Origin: Chiloscyllium plagiosum
Lineage: Eukaryota
DNA length: 64,000 nt
Direction of reading: 5' to 3'
Assembly: GCF_004010195.1 (NCBI RefSeq)
Contig: NC_057719.1
Span: forward strand, 64,736,819-64,800,818
Shown: piece after piece, positions 52,506 through 64,000 of the stretch
Layout of the letters: every line of letters begins with the position of its first letter
Position numbering within the stretch: the first letter of the stretch is position 1
The notes under the pieces: generated by a model
Told to the model about the DNA's origin: nothing
Databases searched by the model: none
Seen by the model: only the letters and a program-made list of their open reading frames with translations
Position numbers and translations under genes: made by a program

Positions 52506-54889
52506 ATATAACATGGCAAAGTTTGCGTAATAAAGCAACAGCTGCAGAAAATCTGAATACTAACTAGTTGGTAAGCCTTGTAGTTCTGTCTGGTTATTGA
52601 GGCACATTTTGGTGTGGAAATAACCACACTTTTCTTTGGAGGAGTAAATCCTATTTTCCTCCATGTTTCTGATGCCAAGAAATTTTACTCTTGCCTCTTT
52701 CTGGGTCTGGAGTGCCTTGAGTGGTAAACACACCTGCCTCTCACACCATTTTTGACTGATGCCACAAGATCTGGAAAGCCTATTAAAAACATAGCAAGCC
52801 TGAGTGTTCATGATAAAATTGAATGATTATTAAGGAGTCTGAAGCATTCTGATAGTAAGTGGAAGTGCTTTCACACATTTAAATGTCACTATTGAATGTT
52901 TATGCAAATGTAGGTGTGTTTCTAATGTAGTGATTCAGTATAGGGATCTTGCTTTAAAAAAAAGAACCATAAACTCAACAATTTTGTGTATTTGATCACA
53001 TGCATTACAGTGCTTTTACAAAGGAAAAAGTACAGTAATGAAGTGAATGATGTTACAACATGCCCCATCAGCCAATTCTGCCATTTATTTCCCCCTGTGA
53101 TTTTGTGGCCTTTGTTGATATAAGAAGTACAAGTTTTGACATTTGAAAATTTCTTGCTCCTGCTCTCTTACATTTATTGACTCGTATCTACTTTGATTTT
53201 GGAATGAGCACCTGCTGTTCTCTCCTTGTCAGAAAGCCATTGCCATTATCAATGCTTGGCTGATTTTCAAGTGTTAATTGATTTCAACACAGTAAGTATT
53301 CCATTCATCTGAGGGCGATTGAACGTTTTAAGAAATTTTAGTAATGGACTTTGCCTTTGACATGGTTTCTGGTTTGTTACAAATCGATTACAAATATAAC
53401 AAGTTTTTTTTCATATGGTTCTCATTTTTTTTGTTCCTGAATACTGTTGATGCATAGGCTTTTATTATAAGGTGAGGGTTTTCTTCTAGCAGTTTGATAT
53501 TGTACAGAATGCGAGGACTGCACATATTGTGTGAATGGCAAATGGAGGAATCATGAGGGCATTGAGTTGGCATGGGATAGATTGGTGAGCAGAAGGAGTA
53601 CAGGGGCCATACAGGACCATAGAGGAGACAAGGACAGTCTAAGAGGGCATTGGTGATACATGAGGAGTATGGCATTGATGAAGTGAGGGGCATGAACTAG
53701 CTTGGAGATGGTTGGGCATTGAAAAGTGAGCTTTAGTCAGGCTGTCCATTGTGTTGGGAGCTGGGATATTGCTTTGGAGTATCCAAACAGGCCTTATAAC
53801 CAATTACCTTCTGTACGTGGTCTCCTTGGATATTTATTTTCATGATTAGTATCAATTATTCTTGATGCTGTATCATAAATTGGTGGATCGATGGTAAAAC
53901 AGAATTTCTCAGTTTTCTGATGAATCTGAATTGCATTATCTGCTGTAAATGAATTCTGTTTCTAGCCTTATCTGTGCATAGGTTTGAAACTCGTCAGTTT
54001 AATTGGTAGTTTTTAAAAGTTATTTTAGATATGTAATTGCTTCTATATGATAAATATATTAAAAATAGATTAACTGTTGTTCCTGTAAAATTGTTGATGT
54101 TTAATGCCTTAGATTGACAAGGAAACTTTCATCAATCACTTCAAATAGATCTCCATGCTAGCTGCATAAGATAGATCCTCTCGATAATTGGATTGTAGTG
54201 ACCTACTATCTCTAATTGTATATACCTTAAGATTTGTATGGTTGGTTGAAATATTCATTGTACTATTCTGAAATGAAATGCATCTGCTAGAATTATGTGA
54301 ATGATGGAAAATTCCAATATTTGAATAACTAATTACATGATAAATAGATTGAATTTCAAAAATTTAAAAGACAGCAGCTTCGGGGGAACGACTGTCTGAT
54401 TTCACTTTCATGATGGAACTACACCTGATATTTCTAGAAAATGGGGCAGGCATTGGCATTTGTTTGAGGCTGAACTTGTATATATCCTTCCCTGCCTTCC
54501 TTCATAAAATAACATCCCTGTGCTTTGGATTGGCATTTATCCAGTCTGAAAGTTCTTACATGAAAGTGTCATGTCTACGTAACATGACCAGCAAAAGCAT
54601 GATCCTAGAAATATGACGTGATATAAATTTGTATTTTATATTTTATGGGCAAGGGGAAAAAAATTAGAATGTTTGAGTATGTCATTTGTGTGGAAGATAT
54701 AGGAATATGTAAAGTACTACTTTTTAACAATAGGTTATAAATCACTTTACAGCATGGTCAAACTGGGCTGTTGCAACAGCCTGTTCTAAATATATTGGCC
54801 TTCAACACATGGTAACCTTAAATCCAATTATGCTTCAGAAACATTTGATTTAGACGCTATTAATGGAAGACAGATTCTAACCCATAGAA

Positions 54890-55152
54890 ACAGTTCTCCC
54901 CAAGTCTGCTTGGATTTGCTCCGGGTGCTACAGTTCCCTCCCACTTTCCAAAGATGTGTACGTTAGGTGGATTGGCCATGTTAAATTGCCCATAGTGTCC
55001 AGAGCATGTGTAGGTTAGTTGGAGTAACCATGGGAAATGCAGTTTTGCAGGGATAGGGTGGGGATTTGGTCTGGATGGGATGTTCTTCGGAGGATCAGTG
55101 TCTACTCGATGATTCAAATAGCCTACTTCCGCACTGTAGGGATTCTATGATT
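54890..55152 (+). mobile_element. 5'-truncated SINE (HE1-like)
   Basis: Body and tail only (ccgcactgtagggattctatga). Confidence 0.85.
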
Positions 55153-56744
55153 ATGTGAACAGGTTTAGAAAGCCAACATAGATGTATTTTTAAGTCTTGT
55201 TTTCATTCCGTGGGTTTTATGGAGGAGGTGGTTTCATGTTCCTTGTTTTTTAAATGCAGCTTTTTGGAAATTTCCTTTCTACCGGTAAATCAATAAAACT
55301 TTACCTAGCAACAGTAACATTATATGCTATTTCTCAAAAGAGAAAAAGTCATCTTTAAAGCAGTCATCCTTGGTCACAATGGTATACATGGAGCTTGCCT
55401 GTTAGGCTTTGAAGTGCCTTGATGTTGTGAAGTTGCAAAAGATAAATGCATGCCTTTCGCTTTCTATATATGTCCAGAACTCAGACCACATTTTCTCAAC
55501 TCAGCCCTTGTTTTTCACCAAAGTCCAGTTTCCCAAGTTCATCACCAAAGCAACAGATCAAACAGTGTGTGAGAAGTGGTGGCCATGGTCTGAAATTTTA
55601 CTCAAACTTGTCTTTTAGTCTGTATTCATAGAGATTTTGAAAGTAGGTTCCTCTTGTGTTAATCAGTGAAATCAGTGTCTGCATATAGCATTCTCATGTA
55701 CTGTGTAAGTAGAAACTAAATGATCGTTGTTATCTCCCAGACGAGAATGTATAAAAATAAATGTTCTTCGAACATGTTGACGTCTTTAGGTTATAGGCAA
55801 TGACAGTATGTGTCTGCTGTTCATGTGGTGATGTTTTCTTTTCTGTTTTAAGGTTGATAAGTGATTATTTGAACTTGATAAGATGTTGAAAGTACCATCA
55901 CCAGCATCATGACTGATCTGTAATCCTAATTTGACAGATATGTGGGGTTTCCCTAATTGAACAGACTATAGCAATGACTGTTTCTCATTGCAAAGAGGTG
56001 CATCCTCCACATGCTGCAAATTGCAATCTTCCAACAGCAAGCTGTTTTGATTCTTGTAGAGGAGGACAATTTTCCTGCTTTTTCACAGCAGCAGCTTTCT
56101 CATTTCTCTGTCATTTTTATTTCTGTGAGATACATAAAGGTATTTCAAAATAAAGGTCGCCTTGTCCACGGGTTTCTATTTGAGTTTCTCCTCATAGCAA
56201 CTGAATTGAGGTTTTATTCAGAATCTATCCTCCCTTCTCTCCATCCTTTCTCAATGCACTGTCTTAGCTTAAACAAAAACACATCTTTTAAACTATAGCT
56301 GTCTTCATTAGAGTTCAGAGGTCATAACAAAGCATGTGGCTAAAATATATGAAGGACATATACGAATGAGACCAAATGATATTTAGCCTAGAACCTCCAA
56401 TCACTGTTGAGACCACCCTTGAAGGTTTGCTTAGCACAAAGTACCCTCCAAAGCAGTAAACCATCTGCTGACACAAAAGGTAAGCGACAAGTTTCACAAC
56501 AGCTGTTCATGGACGTCTCAATGTAGCTGTTCCCTCTTTCACTAGCTCAGTGTGTAATTGGCTTGTGACCGCCATAAACAGATTCTTTAAGTCTGTGCAA
56601 AATTTGCAAACGTTGTCTCGATCTCAACGTTATAAAGAACCATATATACTATCATTTGGGACCAGCCAAATACCTTTGAGAATGGATGTTAGGTGCCAAA
56701 TGCGAGGTGCGAAAGGCAAGATGCCTGAGTAGAACCCCAAACTA

Positions 56745-56905
56745 ATGCAGAGGAATGATACAATAGCTAACCCAAAATATTGATAAGGAAAGCCATTGGG
56801 CAGCGGATAGGGCTTCTGAAAAATGATGCAGAGGGATGATACAGCAGCTAACCCAAACTATTAACAAGCAAAGTCATTGGGCAGCCGATAGGGCTTCTGA
56901 AAATG
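56745..56905. repeat. Two-copy tandem duplication, 81/80 bp
   Basis: atgcagagg(a/g)atgataca...gggcttctgaaaa(a)tg twice, with scattered substitutions. Confidence 0.9.
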
Positions 56906-58293
56906 AGGTTTAGATGCCAGATTGATAAATCTGGTGCAATGTAGAAAGTTGATACAGAAGTGTGAAAGACCAAATCTAAATGGAGATAAGTTGAAAGGAG
57001 GAAACTTTGTGCCATGAGGGGCAACACGTTTTCAATGGATATGGCCATGCATTGATCTGACTGAGACTAGAGGTGTGCACCATAACTGCAGTCCCACGAC
57101 TCCAGTTTGTAATATAAAGTAAAAATATATTTTCCAGTAACAAAGATGCTGAATTAAATACCTTATCTGTCTTGTGATTGAAACAAAAAATATTCATGGA
57201 CTAGGTTTCTAAATAGTTACAATTATGTGTTTATTATCAAAACAAGATTTCTTCAATAAAGAAGCAATATTTGGTTAACATGTATAATCAGAATTTAGAA
57301 GTACAAGTGCTTATCTCTCCAAATCTCCCCCAAAAAAATGTATATGCTTGGAGGACAAATAAAAATTCTCAGTAGTGATTGGCTTTCAGAAAAGAAAACA
57401 CTTTGCCAATACATTACTGTACATGGCAAAATTATAAAGCATAGTTCCAGTTTCTCTGATGTTTTTGCTCATTTAGTCAAATCACTAATTGCGTGTAGCA
57501 GTATCTGAAGTCTTCCAGATATAGCTTACTCAGGAAATGCAATCTTGAAACATTCTTTCAATCATACTTTCAAAAGAGATTTCCCTAGACAAAGCAAAAG
57601 GTTTTTCTTTTCAGAAATTAGAACGATCTGCTTGGCAGCTTATTCTTAGTAGGCTTTCCTCCAACTGAACAGAAAGAAATACATACTTTCCAAGCCAGTC
57701 ACTGTTCGAAACATCCTTAGCAGGGTCCATAGCAAAGAAAATAGCTACCACCAGTGAAGTGATTTCTTAAAAGCCTTGCTAAAATCTTCAGTGTCCACAA
57801 TGAACCTTCTTTTAAGAAAACCATTCTAGGAGTGTCTACAACACTTGAAATAGATTCCTTATTCCACAATCAAGGCTTAATTATTCAATCATTATTAAAT
57901 ATAAAGTGCAGTTATGAGAACATGTACAGGCCTAAGGTATGATTACATGCACAACATAGATGTACTCCTCAAGTGTCCGCCCTATTGTGTACAAAGCTTC
58001 TGGGATCTCCAGCAGATGTCCATGTCTATCATGCTACTACTCCAACAGTAGCTACCCTGTTAATGACTCCTGAGGTATACCATCAACCTGAGGCTCTGCA
58101 TTACTTTTGCATTCCTCCAATAAGAATGGCCGGAAATGCTACTTATTTCAGCAGCTTTTGGACCCACAGAGCCTACTAGATTATACTATCAGTCCTATAC
58201 ACACTCAAATGCCCACCAATATGAGAATATGGATTGCAAAGAAATAATGTTGTATCCTCTTCCTCTTGCTCCTGTGGTGCCAAGTGATTTGGT

Positions 58294-58392
58294 GAGTCAT
58301 AGAGATGCACAGCACAGAAGCAGACCCTTCGGTCCAACTTGTCCATGCCGACCAGCTATCCTAATCTAATCTCTTCTCATTTGCCAACACTC
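58294..58392 (-). mobile_element. CR1 extreme 3' end
   Basis: gagtcatagagatg...gacccttcggtccaac. Confidence 0.85.
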
Positions 58393-60100
58393 GACTGGGA
58401 TTGCCATAGTGTTCAATGTTTAGATGGAGAGAAATTTCTTAAGTGCGTACAAGACAATTTTCTGATTCTGTATGTGGATGTACCTACTAGAGAAGGTGCA
58501 AAACTTGACCTACTCTTGGGAAATAAGGCAGGGCAGGTGACAGGTGTCAGCGGGCGAGCACTTTGAGACCTCTGCGAGTGACCATAATTCTATTCGTTTC
58601 AAAATCGTGATGGAAAAGATAGACCAGATCTAAAAGTTGAAGTTCTAAATTGGATAAAGGCCAATTTTGACGGTATTAGGAAAGAACTTTCAAAAGCTGA
58701 TTGGAGACAGATGTTAGCAGGTAAAGGGACAGCTGGAAAATGGGAAGCCTTCAGAAATTAGATAACAAGAATCCAGAGAAAGTATATTCCTGGCAGGGTG
58801 AAAGGGAAGGCTGGTACGTATAGGAATGCTGGATGACTAAAGAAATTGAGGGTTTGGTTAAGAAAAAGAAGGAAGCATATGTNNNNNNNNNNNNNNNNNN
58901 NNNNNNNNNNNNNNNNNNNNNNNNNNNNNNNNNNNNNNNNNNNNNNNNNNNNNNNNNNNNNNNNNNNNNNNNNNNNNNNNNNNNNNNNNNNNNNNNNNNN
59001 NNNNNNNNNNNNNNNNNNNNNNNNNNNNNNNNNNNNNNNNNNNNNNNNNNNNNNNNNNNNNNNNNNNNNNNNNNNNNNNNNNNNNNNNNNNNNNNNNNNN
59101 NNNNNNNNNNNNNNNNNNNNNNNNNNNNNNNNNNNNNNNNNNNNNNNNNNNNNNNNNNNNNNNNNNNNNNNNNNNNNNNNNNNNNNNNNNNNNNNNNNNN
59201 NNNNNNNNNNNNNNNNNNNNNNNNNNNNNNNNNNNNNNNNNNNNNNNNNNNNNNNNNNNNNNNNNNNNNNNNNNNNNNNNNNNNNNNNNNNNNNNNNNNN
59301 NNNNNNNNNNNNNNNNNNNNNNNNNNNNNNNNNNNNNNNNNNNNNNNNNNNNNNNNNNNNNNNNNNNNNNNNNNNNNNNNNNNNNNNNNNNNNNNNNNNN
59401 NNNNNNNNNNNNNNNNNNNNNNNNNNNNNNNNNNNNNNNNNNNNNNNNNNNNNNNNNNNNNNNNNNNNNAGGATCTTGACCAGATGGGCCAATGGGCTGA
59501 GAAGTGGCAGATGGAGTTTAATTCAGATAAATGCGAGGTGCTTCATTTTGGGAAAGCAAATCTTAGCAGGACTTCTAGACTTAATGGTAAGGTCCTAGGG
59601 AGTGTTGCTGAACAAAGAGACCTTGGAGTGCAGGTTCATAGCTCCTTGAAAGTAGAGTCACAGGTAGATAGGATAGTGAAGAATGTGTTTGGTATGCTTT
59701 CCTTTATTGGTCAGAGTATTGAGTACAGGAGGTGGGAGGTCATGTTGCGGCTGTACAGGACATTGGTTAGGCCACTGTTGGAATATTGCGTGCAGTTCTG
59801 GTCTCCTTCCTATCGGAAAGATATTGTGAAACTTGAAAGGGTTCAGAAAGGATTTACAAGGATGTTGCCAGGGTTGGAGGATTTGAGCTACAGGGAGAGG
59901 CTGAACAGGCTGAGGCTGTTTTACCCTGGAGCTTTGGAGGCTGAGGGGTGACCTTATAGAGGTTTACAAAATTATGAGGGGCATGGATGGGATAAATAGA
60001 CCAAGTCTTTTCCCTGGGGTCAGAACTAGAATGCATAGGTTTAGGGTGAGAGGGGAAAGATATAAAAGAGACCTAAGGGGCAACTTTTCACGCAGAGGGT
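58393..60100 (+). mobile_element. CR1 ORF2 fragment spanning an assembly gap, lacking its 3' tail
   Basis: PTREGAKLDLLLGN, WMTKEIEGLVKKKK, DLDQMGQWAEKWQMEFN, LVRPLLEYCVQFWSP. Confidence 0.95.
58883..59469. other. Assembly gap (587 N)
   Basis: Run of n. Confidence 1.
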
Positions 60101-60289
60101 AATTATTAATCACAGAAGATCACTGACGTAATGCATGGACCAGCATGCTAAGGTTACAATTCAAAGTTTTGTTTTAGAGAAGATGAAAAGGACTCCATCC
60201 ACTCATTTTATATGCATCATTTATAGTGTTTAAGACTGTGCGCTTACTATTACTGATTTCCACTCCCAGCATGCTGGACCATGCATCAG

Positions 60290-60467
60290 GTGAGTGATTT
60301 TCTTGCTGTACTGCAACTATATTTCCTGTACCTGCTAACCTCAGCTATGCCCCCTTGTTCTGCTGTGCCAGCATCTTCGTACCATTGTGAAGGAAGAGAG
60401 CTTCCCTCCTGGCTCTGGTTACCTGGAGGAGCACTTCCAAGGAGGCATCATTAAACATGGGCACCAT
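60290..60467 (-). pseudogene. Myb/SANT-like DNA-binding domain remnant of a Harbinger accessory protein
   Basis: Minus strand reads VPMFNDASLEVLLQVTRARREALFLHNGTKMLAQQNKGA*LRLA, fitting the Harbinger Myb-like pattern (PRFSDxxLExLL...RRxxLF...AW); the conserved W is a stop. Confidence 0.7.
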
Positions 60468-60659
60468 CAATTCTCCTGTAGCTGCTCTTGTACTGCCACC
60501 TTGTCTGACTTTCTGTTCAGTCTGGTTTGTCTCTGGTGCTTTATCACAAGAGAGCTGCCTCTCTGTTACTTACCATCTGGTCCTCAGGAGCTAAACTTTA
60601 CTCCACCCTCTCCTTGTTATGGCTGGATCACTTCATTTTAAAAAAAATTCTTGTAGGGC

Positions 60660-60990
60660 ATGCATTTGTTATTCATTCCAAATTGTCCTTTAAGTAATTG
60701 AAGACCATGCTCAGCCATTTCAGAGGGCAGTCAACATTTAACCGCATTCCTCAGATCAGTCCAGGCAAGGACATCAGGTTCCTTATGCTTGGACATAAGT
60801 GAACCAGATGCATTTATATGACAATTGATAGTTTCATGGTAATCATTACTGGCACTGACTTTCAATTCCAGACTTTATAAATTTAATTTGAATTTCACCA
60901 GCTGCTGTCATGAGACTTGGACCCGTATGCCCAGAACATTAGTCTGGGCCTCCAGATTACTGATTGAGTGAAACTGTCATTATATCACAG
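60660..60990 (-). mobile_element. tRNA-derived SINE of a second family
   Basis: Minus strand has a tRNA-like head (gtaatctggaggcccagactaat..gggtccaagtctc) and ctgccctctgaaatggc. Confidence 0.7.
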
Positions 60991-62599
60991 ACCCCCCTCC
61001 CCAGTTACTTGGACTGCCAGATCATATACCATTTTATCTTCTGCTGCACACCCACACAGCTATACCATCTGCTTTACATCACTGGAAATTCTTTACTGCC
61101 AATGAACTATTGCCTGTGATTTTTAGTGTATTTGAAGGACCTGGTGACCTGTTCTCAGTCAATAAGCGAGCACATATGAACTGACACTAGAAATTATAAT
61201 TAGGTCAGACAATAATTTGTGACCAATTTAATGTGGCACAAAGATAGTTGCAGTCATTTACCAAAAAAAAATATAATTTAGAAGTTATACTTATCCATTT
61301 TCTGTAACTCATTGCAGCAAGAGGGATGTTGGTCTTCTCTCTCAAATTAATTTTAAAAAATTTAAGTTTCACTAGCTGGAGACAGTTCCAAAGAAAATGC
61401 TTTTATTGTACTTGCTTTTATTAAGAACAAGTTTAATGATGGCAACTTTCTTGGATTGATTGCTCTAAACATCCTTGATGTTCAACAGCACAGGAAAAAT
61501 TGAATTAATGATTCACCACAATTAATTTAGAATGAAAATTCATTGTTACACATGATGTATATAGAATGGAATCAACTAAAATCTCCCCCCACGTTTAAAC
61601 AGACTTTCAGTGAATTATTGCCAAAGAAAAAAGAACTTGAGACCAAACAATACCCAAAAAAATGCTATTATATCCTGCTGATTTCTTTTAAGTTACACCA
61701 TACAATTATTGGACATGAAAATTTCTTAAATGAACCATTGCATTTCAAAATGCCAAATACCTTGGATTTATACCACTTGTGAAGGAGAAAGGCTGCAGCA
61801 AACGACACACTGCATAGAAATTAAAGCTGTCATTTCAGAGTACCAGGTCAGTGTTAGATTAGAGGAGTTGTGGCTGATTTATTTTAACCTGCCTTTCGAT
61901 TGTATCCCAAGTCTGGTAATAGTTGGAGGAATGTGTTAGTACAAAGAACAAGGCTACTGATACAAAATTGTGGGAAGTACTACGGAAATGCATTATTGCA
62001 TCACTATACAACTCTATTTGTAGAAAATGTGACCTTGTACACTCTGGCATGAAGAATAAAAAGGCACAATATTTTTATGTGTATATGTTTTGTTCGAGTT
62101 ATTGACTTGATAATTTCAAGGTTCTTTAAACTTAAGCTAAGTTGTAAAAGTATGAATTAAAATGTTTTGTTGAGATGGTCTGAATGAATTGCATTTCCGC
62201 ATATTAAAAGCAATTAAGGAAGAGTTAGTATGGAGACATATGATACCTTTATTTTGTGTAGCAAGGGCAATAGAATCAGCCCGTGAAATTATACAGTTGG
62301 TGTAACCTATGTAGTACATAAGATAATGAATTCCTTAATCAAAAATTTAAAAAAGATGTAGAACAGGTGACAACAAGAATACTAGTGTGAGGATGAATGC
62401 TGTAGATTTGAGTGAGAAAAGTAGATTTGTGTTCCATAGAACTGCTGTCAGTAATCTGCCTGAAGATTGGCAGAAATCTGTTAGCGGACAACTTTCTGAG
62501 CTCTTGAAATTCAAGACCTTGGTATCCACAGTCATGATGGTAGCAGGTTGACCTTGCATGGTAAAAAGGCAAACTTGAATAGCTTAAATCTGCTCTTCC

Positions 62600-63050
62600 A
62601 CTCCAGAATTGAAATGCCAGCTGGCTGCTGCTTGTGCTGCATTTGAAACTGTAACATTGTCTGTCAGATGTTACATCATTGTTGAGTCACTCTGTTCTCA
62701 TGGAGTTGGCCATCACTTCCATCCTGGGAAGGGTAGGCTCTCTATGGTCTGTGCAAATACCGTGTGTTAGGTTGGTGCCAGCCTCCTCCTTCACGTGCCT
62801 TGAGAATGACAACAGGCTTTCTGACAGGACTACCAAGACACCAAGAATGTCTATATGCATTTCCATCTATCAGCCTTCTCTGTATGCTGTGCTATTGAAA
62901 TCATCATCTGAGATTGCTACAGTAGATTCCATGTGCAACTTGGCCCTTTCTGGAGATCGTATCCCTGGGATCCTTTCCTGACGACTGAAGGTTACTTGTG
63001 CCCAAAGCCATGTGCACATCTTGCCTTTTTGTCACACTAAGTGAAAGCGG
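62600..63050 (-). pseudogene. Decayed ORF, possibly the C-terminal part of a Harbinger accessory protein
   Basis: Reads SDDDFNSTAYREG**MEMHIDILGVLVVLSESLLSFSRHVKEEAGTNL...MEVMANSM. The family assignment is from recollection only. Confidence 0.35.
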
Positions 63051-63603
63051 TTTAGACAGATGATTTGCTTTAAGAATGTTCATGTGGCATGATTTCCAAG
63101 ACATTGAACGCTATTTCTGTTACCCAGTATTTCATAGCTGACAGCTTTAACAGCAGCAGGTGAGCAACTTTTGTGCCTCTGCATTATTTTCTGATGAGGG
63201 AAGAGAAGGATCCACAAAAGATTTCTCCACTTGTGCCCGGGCACACTCAACTCTGGGGTGAATAAATTAGTCATGTGGGACTCTGACTGAGGTGGCAGAT
63301 CAAGGAGTCAGGACCGGGAGTGCCTTGAGAATCTCAACTTCTGGGTGGACATTTTCTGTCTTCCCTCTCGTGGTTCACCTACATTTCCCTACTAGTCAAG
63401 AGTTGGAAACTAGATTGCAGTTCAGTATGGCACTGAGTAATAAGGTAAGGTTTTCTCCAAAGTGGTTCTAATCGTAATGGCCCTCTCTCTGGGCAAGAAC
63501 GTTTGTGTTCAATTCCCAATTAGCTTGGAGATTTCTTATAACATGCCAAAGCAGGTTGATTAAAAATAATTAACAACTGAATTAATTGATAACTCCTTAT
63601 TAA

Positions 63604-64000
63604 GAGACATAGAGTCATAGAAATGTACAGCACAGAAATAGACCCTTTTGTTCAACCAGGTATCCTAACCTAATCTAGTTCCATTTGCCAGCACTTGGCC
63701 CATGTCCCTCTTAACCCTTCCTATTCATATACTCATCCAGATGCCTTTTAAATGCTGTAATTGTACCAGCCTCCACCACTTCCTCTGCAGCTCTTTCCAT
63801 ACGCACACCACCCTCTGTGTGAAAACATTGCCCCTTAGGACCCTTTTAAATCTTTCCCTTCTCACCATAAACCTATGCCCTCTAGTTCTGGATTCCCCCA
63901 CCCCATGGAAATAAAACCTTGTCTATTTATCTTATCTATGCCCCTCATGATTTTATAAATCACTACGAGGTCACCCCTCAAACTCCGACACTCCAGGGAA
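63604..64000 (-). mobile_element. CR1 LINE 3' end running off the window
   Basis: Antisense CR1 3' region with gagtcataga tail. Confidence 0.93.

Noticed and set aside
56745..56905. CRISPR-like array
   Set aside because: Only two adjacent units with no spacers, in eukaryotic DNA.
58758..59951. ORFs of 244-372 aa
   Set aside because: They are artefacts of reading through the N gap; the real parts are CR1.
63080..63274. Myb-like reading of AAVKAVS...RNSVQC
   Set aside because: The resemblance is too slight and the conserved tryptophans are absent.

Overview
Repeat-rich eukaryotic DNA, most likely from a shark. That is an inference from the HE1-like tRNA SINEs, Deu-type SINEs and CR1 and Penelope families. 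I find no intact protein-coding gene; the longer ORFs are transposon fragments, their antisense frames, tandem-repeat frames or N-gap artefacts. The window holds about 12 CR1 LINE fragments, about 10 SINEs, L2-like and Rex1-like remnants, a solo LTR, a decayed Harbinger transposase and a Harbinger Myb/SANT remnant. Two things stand out. (1) At least four families of short Penelope-derived elements, often perfect hairpins with target-site duplications, carry minimal hammerhead ribozyme cores and repeatedly nest inside one another. (2) The non-repeat DNA contains decayed, frameshifted segments resembling Ki-67 (MKI67) repeats, including an inverted duplicate pair (about 250-600 + and 24590-25085 -) and weaker roughly collinear motifs on the minus strand. 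These suggest fossil duplicated Ki-67-like gene copies. There is one assembly gap at 58883-59469. All family assignments come from motif recognition, not database searches, and boundaries of old elements are approximate.
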